From Pseudogymnoascus verrucosus (lineage: Eukaryota), in the NCBI GenBank assembly GCA_001662655.1, contig KV460214.1: a stretch of 64,000 nt of DNA; one strand, given 5' to 3'. This document shows positions 1-13,488 of the stretch, piece after piece; position 1 is the first letter of the stretch, and each line of letters opens with the position of its first letter. Below the pieces are notes generated by a model. It was not told the origin of the DNA and searched no databases. It saw nothing but the letters and a program-made list of their open reading frames with translations. Made by a program: the position numbers and the translations under genes.

Positions 1-563
1 CGCCTGCCCCGTCCCCGCCGGCCACTGAACCAGAGTCGAATAAGGCGGCAGTCGACTTTCCGAACCCCAAAGACACGGCTCCTGCATTCGTGCGCGGAAC
101 GATCATCTTAGCTCTTCTGGTGTTGGCGCTCGTCACGATCGGCTTCGGCTTCCAATACCTGAACTACTGTCCCGAGGTAGACCCAGAGGCGCCGCTCGGC
201 ACTTGGAGTATTATCGGGTGGTGCTTCTTTGTGTTGCTCGTTTTGTTCGCGAGCTCGGCGCTAGTGTCATGGGGCTTGCTCTGCTGGTATGTTTGTGGCG
301 GGAAGAAGCAAGATTTTATGCTTGATATTATGTCACTCAGTGTTTTTGTCGGGGTGGGCTTGCCATTCTATGCGCTCTACATGGGGGCGGTTGAGCTGGT
401 ACGGGGGTGCCAGAAGTGGTTTTGCGGGGTGACGTTTGAGGAGGAGGAGCAGGATGGTGTTGTTGAAGCGGTTGAGACTGATGTGGAAATGCAACGACTT
501 ATGAAAGGCGATAACGATGGTGATGACTATGACGAAGAAGTGGTGGTAGCGGGACGGAGTTGA
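1..563 (+). CDS. Hypothetical multi-pass membrane protein, 5' end probably outside the window
   Basis: The frame of the 90..563 ORF is open back to position 3 (PAPSPPATEPESNK...). It has about three hydrophobic segments and an acidic C-terminal tail. Confidence 0.55.
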   Translation, partial: PAPSPPATEPESNKAAVDFPNPKDTAPAFVRGTIILALLVLALVTIGFGFQYLNYCPEVDPEAPLGTWSIIGWCFFVLLVLFASSALVSWGLLCWYVCGGKKQDFMLDIMSLSVFVGVGLPFYALYMGAVELVRGCQKWFCGVTFEEEEQDGVVEAVETDVEMQRLMKGDNDGDDYDEEVVVAGRS

Positions 564-671
564 TTCTCCACAGCCGCATAAAGCTCTTAATTGCCAGCAA
601 TATATTCAAGTTAAAATTTTCTATATACGATACGTTGTTTATTCTATGTATACACCTGTATCTGCAGTCGT

Positions 672-3600
672 TTAATTACCCCCGAAATTCATCCTAAGCG
701 CAATACTTGGCTCCTCCTTCCCGGTATCTACCTCGACCTTCCTGCCAGCCTTCTGCCCTGTTCGAAGGACCTCTTCCATAAACGCCCGCTGGCTGTCACT
801 AAGCCCGGCAACCACGGCCTTGAAACCTCCTGGGTCTACAGCCGCGAGACCCAGCAACCTTGCGCCAGTCTCTTGGTAAAATTCGTCCCCCTCTCCTTCC
901 GAGTTGGCCCTTGCTAGTAGCGTTGGGATGACCAACGACATCGCGATTCCCTTCTTATCGTCTGGGAGAGTAGCAACATATCCTGTGAGCGTTTGCGCGA
1001 TCAAGGAACGAGCTTTCTCGGGGTCTTCGGTCTCTGTATTGGAGACGAAGGCGATGAGGTGCGGGAGGAGGTATCTTGCAATAGATTGATCTGCTACCGA
1101 TTTTGGAGTCTGAAGTAGGAGCGTGCGAATGCAATTCGCTGCTACTTTAGCAGTCTGGTAAGGAGTTAGTAATTTATTTCATATATGTAGAGTGGGAAGA
1201 ATTACCATGCGATCATTCAGGCAGTCCAAGGTTTCGTCCAAGAATTTGACGACCAAGGGGTCGCTGGCGGACAACGTGTTGATACCGCTCGTCATGAGAA
1301 CAGTGCATGCCAATAGCGAGTTCTTCACACAAGGAAGAGCGTTATCAGACTCGCGCTTTTGGGCGTGCATGTATATTGACAAGAATCGTCTCAGGCAGCC
1401 TCTCAGTTGCTCTTGACTGGCTTCGTCAGACTTCATGGCATTTTCCTTGGAAATGCTGCTGATAAACCGTTTCAGGATTGGTAGCGATGTGGGAACAACA
1501 ACGGTCTGGCAACTTGGTGTTCCGAGGACAGTTGCGAAGATGTGGATTATACAGGCGTGCAGATCTGTTTTGATGATGGACGGGAACACCTCGGCGGCAT
1601 CCACAAGGGCATTCAATGAAAGGCGGATCAGCGACACGGCCTCTTCCGTGAGGTTAGCCGAACGGTTGGATTGCTGTTGTTCTGCCAGGTTTGGGAGTAT
1701 TCCAGCAAGTACAAGGACTATGATGCGGGTCAACTCAAAGAGCTGCTCGATGTCTTCCGATAAATCGCTGCCATCTGGCGATGTTGCGTTCTTGGTTGCT
1801 GACGGATGCGAGACACACAGCCCTCGAGCGATTTCAATGATGACTTTTTGTACATCTAATCCTTCCGTGAGAACAAGGCGATCTAAAAGGTCCATTGTCT
1901 CCGAGAAGATGGCTTCTCTGTAAATTGCATGTCCAGACACACTCGGGTGCAGAATCCGTTTCAAAGCAACGAGAATTTCGAGCGATTGCTCTTTCGTTGC
2001 TAGAGCATCATTCCCTGGTTTGGCAACCAAGGCTTCAAATGCAATACCAAACAATACGAAAAAGAACGCCACTGGTTCATCACGATAGTTGATCTCGTTA
2101 CCTTTACGCTTCACAGCTGACTTCTCATCGGTGGATGGTGCATCGACTTCTTTCCCGTCAAGAGCATCAAAAACAAATTCGCTGTCCTGTTCGATCAAGC
2201 TCGCAATTGCGTCGACAAGCTTCAGCCATGAGTCTTGGTAGAACTTCAGAAGCGTTTCTCGGTTTAGCGCGGAATAGATACTATCCAGGCTACCCGAAAG
2301 AGAAGGGGGACCCAAGCTCATGGAAATCTCGGGCTCAAAGCGAAGCCTAGCAAATTCTTTGAGCGAAGACAGCCACAGAGGAGTCAGTTTTGCGATATGT
2401 GGTTTCATAACGTCCACGAGGTATTTCTGCTCGATACTGGCAACTTGTAATCCGGCCCAGGCTGAGAACACAGCCATCTTTACCATAACATTCGCATTTG
2501 AGCTCAATCCCTTCAAGTCGCCAATTGAGGCGGTCTCGGCATCCGTGGAGAAATTTTCGAGCGCACTGACCAAAGTCTTTAAGATACGGCCCATTCGATC
2601 GACATCTGTGACAATCCCAGTCGCAATAAAAGCAGCGCAGACATTGACAGCTTCAGAGGCTAGTTCGGGCGAAGAGTCTGCGGCGAATGCGGGCGTAAGT
2701 GCGGAGCTGATCTGCGCTTGGTATTGTTCCAAGAGCGGCGCTTCAGGGAAATCGGGATCAGGAGTAATTCCGAACATTTTGAGAACCAAGTCAATGATCT
2801 TCATACCCCAAACTCGGAGTTCGAGGATACTAGATGTGGAAGCCGAAAATGCCATTCGAATGACATCAGCAACCTTCTTCTGTATGGCCATCTCAGAAGG
2901 CCCGGATCCATTTGAAGCAACATCCCGCATAACAATGACAAGGATTTCGCCAAGGCAGCTCATTGCAAATGTTCGAACCTGCCAACGGAGCTGTTCTTGA
3001 CCCTGGCCAGCAACAGATGGGGCATCATGGCTTGCTGCACCGGCAGCGGCTGCAAAGCCGGCAACTTCTTCGTCTTGGAGGTCCAACCCACCTGACGCTT
3101 TTGCCGTACTCTCCGCGGCGCTGTCCTTTGTTGTCTTGGTCATGGCAAGGACAGACTGGCATCTCTGGACCCATTCAGCGGTATTGGAAATGCAGGATTG
3201 CTGCAGCCAATTTCGGATGATATTTCGGAGACCATCATGGGTTGGGGCAGCATCCAGTGCTAGCCACAGCTGGTCTTCGAAACCAGGCTCGGCGACTTTA
3301 ATTACATCTTCGGAATTCCGCTTCATCAAATTGTGCAGTCCGTCAACTGCAATATCTCGTAGCTCAACAGCCTCCGAGTTCAAATCTTTCTGCAAGAGAA
3401 CAACGTACTCTGCAAAGTTGACGTGGCCAGGGGCGTACAGAGACAAGTGCTCGAGGCAGCGTAAGCTCTCGCCTAGGATCAGAACGCTTTGCTCCTCTCT
3501 GAATTGATACACCAGAGTCAAGATCAGCTCTCTAGCTTTAACCATATCTTGCAAATCCGGGCCGAGAACGTTTATGAGAGAATCGACACATCTTGCGACA

Positions 3601-6600
3601 ACAGCAGACGTAGGTAGCTCCAGCTCCAAGTTAGAGCTGATAAGGGATTGCTGGTCGTCATTATGCGCGTCGGAAATATAAAGCTGGCCGAGCATGCCAA
3701 GAGTGCCCTGGACATATCCAGAGAAGGTCAATCCTGCCGCATCTGCAACGCGAGACAGCGCTTCCAGAGACCAAAAGTGGACCGTCGGATGTGGATCGTT
3801 GCAAAGAGACATCAGAATTCCCAGAATAGTTTTCAAATGAAATCCAGCTGCCATTCCACCAACTTGAGAATGTATGCAACCAAGTGCCATCGCACAGCCA
3901 GCCCTCACAGTGGGTTCGCGGATAGCAACGATGGTATCGATGAGCCACTTGATTTCTTGATTAGTATAAGCATTTCCAGAGCTATTGCAGAGCCTTCCCA
4001 GTGCCTCATAGCCAATGCTGCGGACATATTGATCGGGTTGAGTAACGAAACCGCGAAGCATCTCCGAGAGAAGTTTCTCAACGGCAGGGTTTGACACATC
4101 CCCCGACGGAGACCTTGTCTCTTTGACGGCCACCTTGAGGGCTGATAATAATGCAGTGGCAACATTGACATTCATCGCCGCCTTGCGTCCAGGATCCCTC
4201 TGAAGCGAGCCGGCTGCTAAAAAGGTCGTCATCTGCTCCAGAATGCTCTCTTGAATCTTCGGAGGCGTAAGTGGGAAGGCAATTGCAAAGAGTTTAATGG
4301 CAACATTAACCACTTCGCAGGCCGGTGGATCAGGAAGGCTATCGTCATCCCCAACGCAATCAACAAACAGCGCCAGAGAATCGTGTTCTAAAGAACTGCA
4401 AATCGGTGATAAAAGCACCGAGCTAATTGCTGCTTCTGGGCTTTGATCAGTCGTCCATTCTCGTTGATCCTCCTTGACATGTTCCCCTGGCAACTGCTCA
4501 ACCTTAAATCCTTTGACCATGCCAGTGACACCAAATCCACAATTATCGCCAATATCCCATATTGTTTCAAAAGTGCCTGCTGAGCTTGCGATGGATGTGC
4601 TGAGTGAGCTCGGGGTATAATTATCGGGGTCTGAAAAGAACGAGACGGCAAGAGTCAAAAGGTTGGATTGAAGGAGAGATTCGCTGCCTCCAGGGCTGAG
4701 ATTAACAAGCTTCGTATAGCATTGCAGAACGCGTCGTTGAGTCATGAGATCGAGGTCGTGCAACTGCAAAGATGGGAATAGTCTTTGAGGCACGTCTTCA
4801 GTAGTTTTCTTCATAGGCAAACCCTTTAGGAAAGCACTTGTATTTTGAAGCATGGCGGCAATCCGTTTTGAGACGTCTGTCGTCAGGAGTTTTCCGTTAA
4901 ATTGTAAGAACGCCAGGATAGAGCTCAGCGCACACTCTCTAACATGTGTCAAAAAGGAGGACTCCAAGTAGCTCCGCTGCGCAGTATTGTCTTTAGCCAG
5001 TGGTTTCGGCAGAGCGTTCTTCCAAAGCAGTAATAGTTGAGAGAGATGGATCTTCACAAAATTTGGTCCCAGGGACATAAGACCGCCTATCAAGATCCAG
5101 GCGACTTGAATTTGCGTTCCGGATACGCGAAGCTCCGATTTCCCACTCGACTTCAAGAGTCCTGTCGCCAGGGACAGAACCCTACTGTCCACATCCACCG
5201 AGCTATACAGGGGTTGCAAAGGCGATGTGCTTATGAGAGCTGATAGAGCGTTCGCATAGCCTACACATCGGCGAGGAGATTGCCTCCCAGTATTTGACGT
5301 TAATAGATTCATCTCCCTGTTGAGGCTGTTCATGCAAATCGTGAGGCATGGTAATAATTGTTGGGGGCATGCTAGAGCGAAAGTTCGCAGGCATTGCGAA
5401 GTGTAAAGCTGAACAGTGTAGCTCGGATGCTGAATAACTTGCAGAAGGCCATCGCGGCATGCATCACCAAATGCTGCTGCTGCGGACCCCAAAGTTTTAA
5501 TAAATGATGTTATGGCGCTGAGAGCAGCAATGAGCGCATATTTTGTTGGCTCAGAACGCTCATTAATAACTTGCGGGTAGTTTTTGAGGACATCGTTGAT
5601 CAACTTCTTGGCTGCGTCAATCTGGCCAGACTCGCCAAGTATTTCCTGTCCGATAATATTCTCAAGTACTACTTGCACAAATTTGCGTGTGATTAAGAGA
5701 CGATATCTGTTGTTGATTATGTTTGGGTGGCTGAGAACATCTCCCATCAGATGGTCAGCGATTTTGATATAATTCGACTCGATTAATTTCTTAGGAAGGC
5801 TTCTTGCAATCTTTCCGTAGCAAACAGCCAGGCCCGCCCGTGTTCTATTGCTGGTTGAAGACCGAACATAGTGCGACGAAACTTGTCGGAGAAGGTCCAA
5901 GAGTGTAAATGACAGTATCTGTGACTTCTTGGGCGCTGGGCTTCCAGGCCGGGGTACTTCGTCGTCATCTTCGGCGAGGGTTGACGTTTGTCTCTTGGTA
6001 TTGCTTCTCTTGAGTTTCTTTAACTGAGGCACTTCAGAGTCTTGCGCCGTTTCTGATACATAGCTTTCTCCAAGAGCAGACGCCAGACATGAAGCAGCAG
6101 CTTGGCGCACAAGAGGGGTTGATGAGTCGATGGTCTTGAAGATGGTTGATTTCAAACTTTCGTAATCGCTCGAGTAATCAAAGTATGCGGTATTGAGTAA
6201 CAGTGATTCCAGGCACTTGCATGCGGCGATTTGCACAATATGGCCCTTATCCGCAGACGCATAGTTTCGTGCTTGCTTCCAAACGTCCCTGGCGATGCCC
6301 TCGTCCGCACTTCTGCCAACACAGTTGATTATCTTGGCAAGAGCTTTAAACGTGGAAGCCCGCAATCCCGCATTATTCTGTGCCGCCTTCAGGAGCTTTA
6401 TCAGCGTCGTGCAAGCAAGTGGGTGTAGACCAATTGCGCTGTCCCCAGCCGCAGCAAATATCTCCCCTAAACAGTGCGATGCCGCATGTCTGATGCGCAA
6501 GTCGCCTTCTGCCTTACCCTTCCCGACGCTAATAGTGCTGATAAGTTCGTTGATCGTTTCGAATAGAAGTTTCCTATCTCCGAGCCCAAATATATGCGCA

Positions 6601-6896
6601 AAGCATCGTCCCAGGCTATTTCGAATTACGCGGGTAGGTGCTGGCGCTGGCAGGTTAAGTATCTGGAGGAGCTGTTTCTTGAGGTAGAATTGCTGAGAGG
6701 TGCAGCCGTCCGCGTCAAGGCTCTGAACATGCTTGGAAAGTGTCGATACAAAGGTCAGGAGGTATAGGTCTTGCTGTTCCGACGGTAGGGCCTGGAGTTT
6801 CGTTACGTCGAGTTCAGGAGTTGCTGAGGCTTCCACCGTCGTGGTAGGGGCAGAGCCATTTGTGGAGGGTGGGGGGGTGTCGCCCGACATTGGCAT
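672..6896 (-). CDS. LAA1: HEAT-repeat AP-1 accessory protein (Laa1/HEATR5/Sip1 family)
   Basis: 1897-codon exon 1206..6896 plus exon 672..1154, joined by a GTAATT...CTAAC...CAG intron at 1155..1205. HEAT-like helical sequence; family-typical segments such as LLEQYQAQISSALTPAF and the C-terminal PSIALRMNF. Confidence 0.85.
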
Positions 6897-7150
6897 ATAG
6901 GGCTGTGTGATATTAAATGATCACACCCCAAATCCAAGATCGTTATCCCTTCAAGAGTTTATTGTGCAGTTTGATTAATGAATGTCTGGTGTCCCGCTGC
7001 CCAAGCTCCCTGAACTGGCTGGCCTCGCGAGGCCACAGAGTGGGCTGGCGAATCACAGCCGAGATGCTCCACAGCCTTGTATCGTGGGCGCGGCTGTGTA
7101 TTTGGCACGTCTTGGAATAATTTCAGCCTCACTGTAACCCCAGACTGGAC

Positions 7151-8153
7151 ATGGCTTCTCTATCGCCGCGAGGACTCCAACTCCTGGGGAAATCGCATAA
7201 ATTCACAAACTATGTTTGCCCAAAATGCTCGTCGTTCTCTACATACCCGACCCTTCAGTCAGGACATAATAGATGGAGCAAAATCAAGCACGACAAAGCC
7301 GGTGTGGATGCGAAGAAGCATGTCTTGAGATCCATGCTTTCTCGCGACATTGCCCAGGCATCCAAATGTATGCAAACTGCTTCCTTGCCGTCTATAACTA
7401 TGCCTAACTATCTTCTAGTATACGGAGCTGATCCTCGAACAAATCCGACGCTAGCAAATGTACTGGTCCAAGCAAAGAAAGGTATATAAAGGGGCAATGC
7501 GCCTCCTCGTCGTTTCGCCGCACGATGCTTACTATCTGTTAGCTGGCTTCCCTAAAGCTTCGCAAGAAGCAGCCATTGCCCGTGGGCAAGGCCAATCGGC
7601 TTCCGGCGCCTCCCTCGAGTCTCTAACGATAGAAGCGATCATGCCGCCATCAATCGCAATAGTCATTGATGTCGAAACAGACAATAAGGCCCGCGCGTTA
7701 CAAGAGCTACGGCACGAAGTTAAGAGATACGGTGGAACTGTGACACCTACAAGCTATTTGTTTAAACGCCGAGGAAGAGTACAGTTTGAAAAGGACGAGA
7801 GAGGGCTCGGGGTGGATGAAGTTCTGGACGAAGCTATCGAAGCCGGCGCTGACGATGTGGAGGTAGACGATGATGGAAACCTCATTGTTTGGACTGAACC
7901 CAGCGGAACTATTGGAGCGGCGAGATCCTTAGCCGAAAGTTTCAAGCTGACGATAGAGAGCTCGGATATCCTATGGGACCCGAACGAGGATACTATGGTC
8001 CCACTTGATTCCGAGAGTGCCCTTTCTTCGCTGAAGAACCTGGTCAACGCACTCCAAGAAGACCAAAGTGTTCAAGGAATCTACGTTAACATATCCCAAG
8101 GCAAAGTAAGCGACGAAGCCTGGGCGGAATTGCAGGAGAAGATTCCGGTGTAG
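7151..8153 (+). CDS. YebC/TACO1-family protein, probably mitochondrial
   Basis: SGHNRWSKIKHDK motif and IDVETDNKAR motif. The N-terminus is presequence-like. Introns at about 7368..7418 and 7482..7542. Confidence 0.85.
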
Positions 8154-8661
8154 AGTTAGCGAGACAGGAGCGTCGTCGGACCTCAATCTGTTCCTATTAC
8201 TGTATTATAGAGCCACTAACATCATTGTATAAATATATATTGTATTGTACGCAGGATACTCACCCATTACCAAAATGCTCATTTGCAGAATGCAAGCAAA
8301 GATGGTGGTTTATAAGGGTTTATCACGTAGCACACCTGGGAGAAAGGTCTGATAAAGTTTGATATTTGATACCATCGCTCGACTTCGCGGCTTTCAACTC
8401 GGCTACTCTGAAGATGGGTATTTGAGATTGGGTCGATTCACCCACTATCTCCCGTAATAAGTAGCTCGCTCCAGTGACATTTTTGGCGGTGGCCATCGTT
8501 CTTGGGGTCGTCGTTTCCATGATTAACGATTCCTACTGTCAACGTTGCCTTCATTCGTGGCCTACCATCGCTTGAACAGGCAGCCATGACGGAAGGTGCT
8601 CAAATGAGGCTCCCAGTTGTTTCCAATAAGGCATGCTTTCGCAACACTTCGTAGACATCGC

Positions 8662-9202
8662 TCAAATAACTTTTGCGAGGAGCTCAAGAAGATCGAACCA
8701 AGCTGACCTGTCTAAATCCACCTTGAGCAACCCAACGCCCACGAGAATCGTCCGAGCTTCCTCCGGCTCACGCTTCAACACCAAACTGGCAATTTGCGAC
8801 GCTACCAAGTGCCCAAAGGTTTCTCTTGCTTCACCCCCTGCGCCGAGAAGGATTTTCGGGTTTATGTGAGGTGCGGGAAGGGAATCGTCGCCTCCAGCAG
8901 GTAGAGCTGTATCAAACGTTGTAGGTGAAGCAGACGAGAGAGGGACTTGGATCTATTTCGCATTAGTTGCAATGCCCATGCAAAGGGAATACATTCATGA
9001 GACAAACCCATTGTGATAAGCGCCCTCCTTGGGATATCGTAATCAAGATCTTGTCAGAGAAAGCGAGGCTTGAGATATCCGTCTCGGCCCCGCCAACCAG
9101 CCCCGCAGCGGTCTTTGAATGAGTTGGGAAAGGCGTTTCTTGAATCCCATCCAAAGAAATATCCTGGATCGCAGCCGCCAAAGTAGTCGATTCTGCCGCC
9201 AT
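8662..9202 (-). CDS. Proteasome assembly chaperone 3 (PAC3/PSMG3)-like protein
   Basis: Exon 9008..9202 (FSDKILITISQGGRLSQW), intron 8953..9007, exon 8662..8952 (IQVPL...PKILLG...ASQIASLV...RTILVGVGL). The second exon is not in the ORF track. Confidence 0.7.
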
Positions 9203-9447
9203 TGTAATTGCTCAATACCGAGTAGTAGAGCGTAAACACCACTGTTTACTACCAGACCTACTCCGCCAGGGTACATGTGTGCAGGTGAGGGCGGTGGCAG
9301 AATAGCTGTCGTTGGCGCTAAATATGGTGTGGTGGCATCTAGGCGGTGGCAGAAAATAATAATTGACTTTGCGATACTGATAACGGATTGGCATCTGCGA
9401 CCAGGAATCCAACTTTCTTCAAGACGATCCTCGCCCCCACGGCCAAG

Positions 9448-12400
9448 ATGAAGAAGTTCGTTCCCCGGCAGCGCAAGCATAAGGTTATTGCGCGGACTAA
9501 AGAGTCATCGAAAAACGATGGCGTCCCCGACAGCAATGCGGTCGAGATCATCCCCACCGCGAGGGCGGAATTGGACGAGAAGAAGCGGTTGCTCCGTGAA
9601 GAATTGAAGAAAGAGGGCTCGAAGATGAGCGGGAAGAAGGCGAAGCGCTTAGAAAAATATATCGATACGAAGTTAAAGAAGGATGAGAACAGGATCTTGA
9701 TTCAGAACCTAGCGTTGAACAAGACTGATACGAGTCTGTATTCGAGCTCTAGTCGGATGGGACAAGGGAAGGAGTCAAAAAGGCAAAGAATGGGAAGGGC
9801 GCTGAGAGAGGCTGCGGCTGGTATAGATCTGGATGGGGAGAATAACGAGATTTTATTCGAAAAGCGGGCGCTGAAGGATGGCCCTATTGAGAGAGACAGC
9901 GATGAGGAGGACGACGACGAGATGTCGGGGGCTGCTACAACCGCTACTGGGGGCACAGCAAACGAAGCAAAACCTGCTCCATTTGCTGCTGCAGCTGGAT
10001 CGGGACTGAAGCGGCCATTGGAGCTAGATGATTCAGGAAGACCAGTTATCCAGAAGCGGCAGAAAAGAGGTGGCGTCAACTCGAAGCTTTCCTTCAAGGC
10101 TGAACCAAAGGCCGCGCCTACAGCGACCGCTGAGCCCGCCTGGACTGGCTTTTCGGAATCCGAAGATAGCGAAGAGGATGGTGAGGATGATGAGGACATG
10201 GATTCAGACGTGAGTGACAGTGAGCTTGATTCGCCTGAAGTAGATGACGAGGCTTCGTCAGGAGATGGTGAAGCCACGTCTGATGGGGAAGATGGAAGTG
10301 AGGAGTCGGAAGACGAGAGCGAGTCGGAAGACAATACCAAGAACAAGAAGGAGAGATCTTCTGCCTTTAAGTCATGGGCAAACCAACAACGGAATGAAGC
10401 CATGGGGTTCGAACCTACAAATACAACGCAACTAGCCACTCTCACACCTAGACCCGAAAACTTTCAACCTCGCCCATTAGAGTCAGATCCTTTACCTGCC
10501 GAGCTTCAAACTGCGAATAGCATCGCCCGAAAAGCATTTGCAGTCTCATTCAACCGGTCGGCGGAAATCCAAGAAGCAAGGATGCAGCTTCCAGTTGTTG
10601 GAGAGGAGCAGAAGATTATGGAAGCCATCCATAACAACTCTACTGTCGTTGTCTTTGGTGCAACTGGTTCGGGAAAGACTACGCAGGTGCCGCAATTCTT
10701 ATACGAAGCCGGCTATGGATCTCCCGATTCTCCCACCCCCGGCATGATCGGAGTTACGCAACCCAGGCGTGTTGCTGCTGTTAGTATGGCAAAGCGCGTG
10801 GGAGACGAATTGGGCGACCATGGCGACCGAGTAGGTTACCAAATCCGTTTTGAGGGCACGGTGAGCCCGAAGACGGCTATAAAGTTCATGACGGATGGTG
10901 TTCTTCTCAGAGAGGTTGCACTGGACATTGCACTACGAAAATATTCAGCTGTCGTTATTGATGAGGCTCACGAGCGCAGCGTCAATACGGATATCTTGAT
11001 TGGAATGATGAGCCGAGTGGTAAGATTGCGAGACGAGATGGCACTCGAAGATCCTTCGATAAAGCCATTAAAGCTCATTATCATGTCTGCCACCTTGCGC
11101 ATCACAGATTTTACGGAAAACAAGACACTCTTCACAACACCTCCCCCGGTTGTACAGGCTGAGGGCAGACAATTCACAGTCACGAACCATTTTGCACGCC
11201 AAACACGCCATGATTATGTCGAGGAGTTGTTCAAGAAGGTATCCAAAGCCCACAAGAAACTTCCGCCTGGAGGCTTCTTGGTGTTCTTAACTGGGCAAAA
11301 TGAGATCACACATTTGAGCAAGAAGTTAAAGGAGGCCTTCAAAATTGGCACCATGGCTTCTGGCCCGCAAGTCCGTATTTCTGGACGAGACGCCCCTGCG
11401 GAAGCCGAAGACGTCGATTTCGGTGGTCTTATTGAGGAAGAACTTGATTCAGATGATGAATCTGTTGATTTCGAGGGTGACGACAACGACGATGCTGAGT
11501 TCGATGTTGGTGAGGCAGAGGAGGTCGGACCGGCGAAGATGCACGTCTTACCACTCTACTCCCTACTCCCTACCAAAGAACAACTGCGAGTTTTCGAACC
11601 ACCGCCCGATGGATCGCGACTCGTCATCTTGGCAACTAACGTGGCCGAGACGTCTCTCACGATCCCAGGAATCAGATACGTCTTTGACTGCGGACGATCA
11701 AAGGAGCGCAAATACGACGAGAAGACAGGCGTGCAAAGTTTCGAGATCAGCTGGATCAGCAAAGCAAGTGCAAGTCAGCGTGCTGGTCGTGCTGGACGTA
11801 CAGGACCCGGCCACTGTTACCGAATGTACTCCTCCGCAGTCTTCGAGCGCGATTTCAGCGAATTCGCCAAGCCAGAGATCCTCCGCATGCCAATCGAGGG
11901 AGTGGTATTACAGCTCAAAGCCATGAACCTCCAACACGTCGTCAACTTCCCGTTCCCCACCCCGCCCGACCGAGCAAGCCTCGCCGCATCCGAGCGGCTC
12001 CTGACCTACCTCTCAGCCATCTCTCCCACCGGCCAAATCACCAAAGTCGGCTCCACCATGTCCATCTTCCCTCTCTCCCCCCGCTTCGCCCGCATCCTCC
12101 TCATCGGACATCTCCACGACTGCCTCCCCTACACCATCGCCCTCGTCGCCGGCCTCTCCACTGCAGACATCTTCATCCCCGAGAACCAAGTCGTCCCTGC
12201 CCTCACCCCCAAAGACGAGAATGACGAGGACTCCCACTTCACCCAAGCCGACCGCCTCGAGGAAGACGCGCGCAACGCCATCCGCCGTAAATACAACGCG
12301 GTGCAGCACGCCTTCTGCTCCCTCGACGACCGCTCAGACGCTATCAAACTCCTCCAAGCCGTCGGTGAATTCGCCCACGAGCCTACCGAGGCCTGGTGTC

Positions 12401-13083
12401 GCGCGCACTACGTCCGTTACAAGGTGCTTAAGGAGATCCTGCAGCTGCGTCGCCAGATCACGGATTTACTGCGCACCAACATCCCAGCGTTCGCGGGACT
12501 GACGTTTGTTGATAAACTGCCGCCGCCTAGCGTGACGCAGATCAAGGCCCTGAAGCAAATGGTTGCTGCGGGTTTCATCGACCACGTCGCTATTCGTGCC
12601 GACCTGGCACCGATACCGCCTCCTGTAGGACGCAAACCGAGTCGTGCGATCGAGGTCCAATATCTCACCCTCTTCCCGTCCCACGTCCGTCGCGACGACG
12701 ATGATAAAGCAGTGTACATCCACCCCTCCTCGCCACTCGCGCACCGATCCCCCAAGGAATGCCCAGAGTACATCGTCTACTCGCATCTCCAGCGCGCAGC
12801 CCCCTCAGCTGCCACACCGGATCGCGTGCCGAGGGCGAGGATGCATGCGTTGGTTGATGTTAGTGGTGGACAGCTGGCGGCGTTGGCGAAGGGGACGCCG
12901 TTGTTGCAGTATGGGAAGCCGATTAAGGAGGGGAGGCAGCTGGATAAGGCGGGGCTGGAGAAGGAGTGTTGGGTTGTGCCGTATTTGAGGGCGGAGGGGA
13001 AGAATGATATGGGTTGGCCGTTGCCGGCGAGGAAGGTGGTGCAGAAGAAGGTTCTGGGGAAGGGGTGGGTTATTCAGGGGTAG
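9448..13083 (+). CDS. DHR1: DEAH-box RNA helicase Dhr1/Ecm16 (DHX37), small-subunit ribosome biogenesis
   Basis: GATGSGKTTQVPQ, DEAH, SAT and QRAGRAGR motifs; acidic N-terminal region. First ATG is at 9448. Confidence 0.9.
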   Translation: MKKFVPRQRKHKVIARTKESSKNDGVPDSNAVEIIPTARAELDEKKRLLREELKKEGSKMSGKKAKRLEKYIDTKLKKDENRILIQNLALNKTDTSLYSSSSRMGQGKESKRQRMGRALREAAAGIDLDGENNEILFEKRALKDGPIERDSDEEDDDEMSGAATTATGGTANEAKPAPFAAAAGSGLKRPLELDDSGRPVIQKRQKRGGVNSKLSFKAEPKAAPTATAEPAWTGFSESEDSEEDGEDDEDMDSDVSDSELDSPEVDDEASSGDGEATSDGEDGSEESEDESESEDNTKNKKERSSAFKSWANQQRNEAMGFEPTNTTQLATLTPRPENFQPRPLESDPLPAELQTANSIARKAFAVSFNRSAEIQEARMQLPVVGEEQKIMEAIHNNSTVVVFGATGSGKTTQVPQFLYEAGYGSPDSPTPGMIGVTQPRRVAAVSMAKRVGDELGDHGDRVGYQIRFEGTVSPKTAIKFMTDGVLLREVALDIALRKYSAVVIDEAHERSVNTDILIGMMSRVVRLRDEMALEDPSIKPLKLIIMSATLRITDFTENKTLFTTPPPVVQAEGRQFTVTNHFARQTRHDYVEELFKKVSKAHKKLPPGGFLVFLTGQNEITHLSKKLKEAFKIGTMASGPQVRISGRDAPAEAEDVDFGGLIEEELDSDDESVDFEGDDNDDAEFDVGEAEEVGPAKMHVLPLYSLLPTKEQLRVFEPPPDGSRLVILATNVAETSLTIPGIRYVFDCGRSKERKYDEKTGVQSFEISWISKASASQRAGRAGRTGPGHCYRMYSSAVFERDFSEFAKPEILRMPIEGVVLQLKAMNLQHVVNFPFPTPPDRASLAASERLLTYLSAISPTGQITKVGSTMSIFPLSPRFARILLIGHLHDCLPYTIALVAGLSTADIFIPENQVVPALTPKDENDEDSHFTQADRLEEDARNAIRRKYNAVQHAFCSLDDRSDAIKLLQAVGEFAHEPTEAWCRAHYVRYKVLKEILQLRRQITDLLRTNIPAFAGLTFVDKLPPPSVTQIKALKQMVAAGFIDHVAIRADLAPIPPPVGRKPSRAIEVQYLTLFPSHVRRDDDDKAVYIHPSSPLAHRSPKECPEYIVYSHLQRAAPSAATPDRVPRARMHALVDVSGGQLAALAKGTPLLQYGKPIKEGRQLDKAGLEKECWVVPYLRAEGKNDMGWPLPARKVVQKKVLGKGWVIQG

Positions 13084-13488
13084 AGTTGGCTATTTGGATA
13101 TGCGTGGTATTGGCATTGGATTGATGAGATGCCAGTGTCGGGAGTATTACATCTATAGCTGAAAGGCCTGGGCTACAAGCCTGGTAGAGTCTCAAAATAA
13201 ATCACAACGATTTTAGTACACATTTGAATACCTCGTAACACCGAGAAGTAAAATACAGAAGAAGTCTGGCTACCTTAAGTCCCTCATCCCAATGTTCGTT
13301 CAACAGGACTCAGTACCCGACAGAATCGCTCGATGGCAGAGAGAGGTTTTTCCAATTCTGTCGTGCTGATGTACTTGCCCCAGTGAAGAATTTGATTACC
13401 TGAAGACCCTCAAGCCCTTGATCTTTAATTTTGGTCTCATCAATTCCGTCGTCTATATTGTTGCTGTCACCTTCTCATAACTGTCTGT

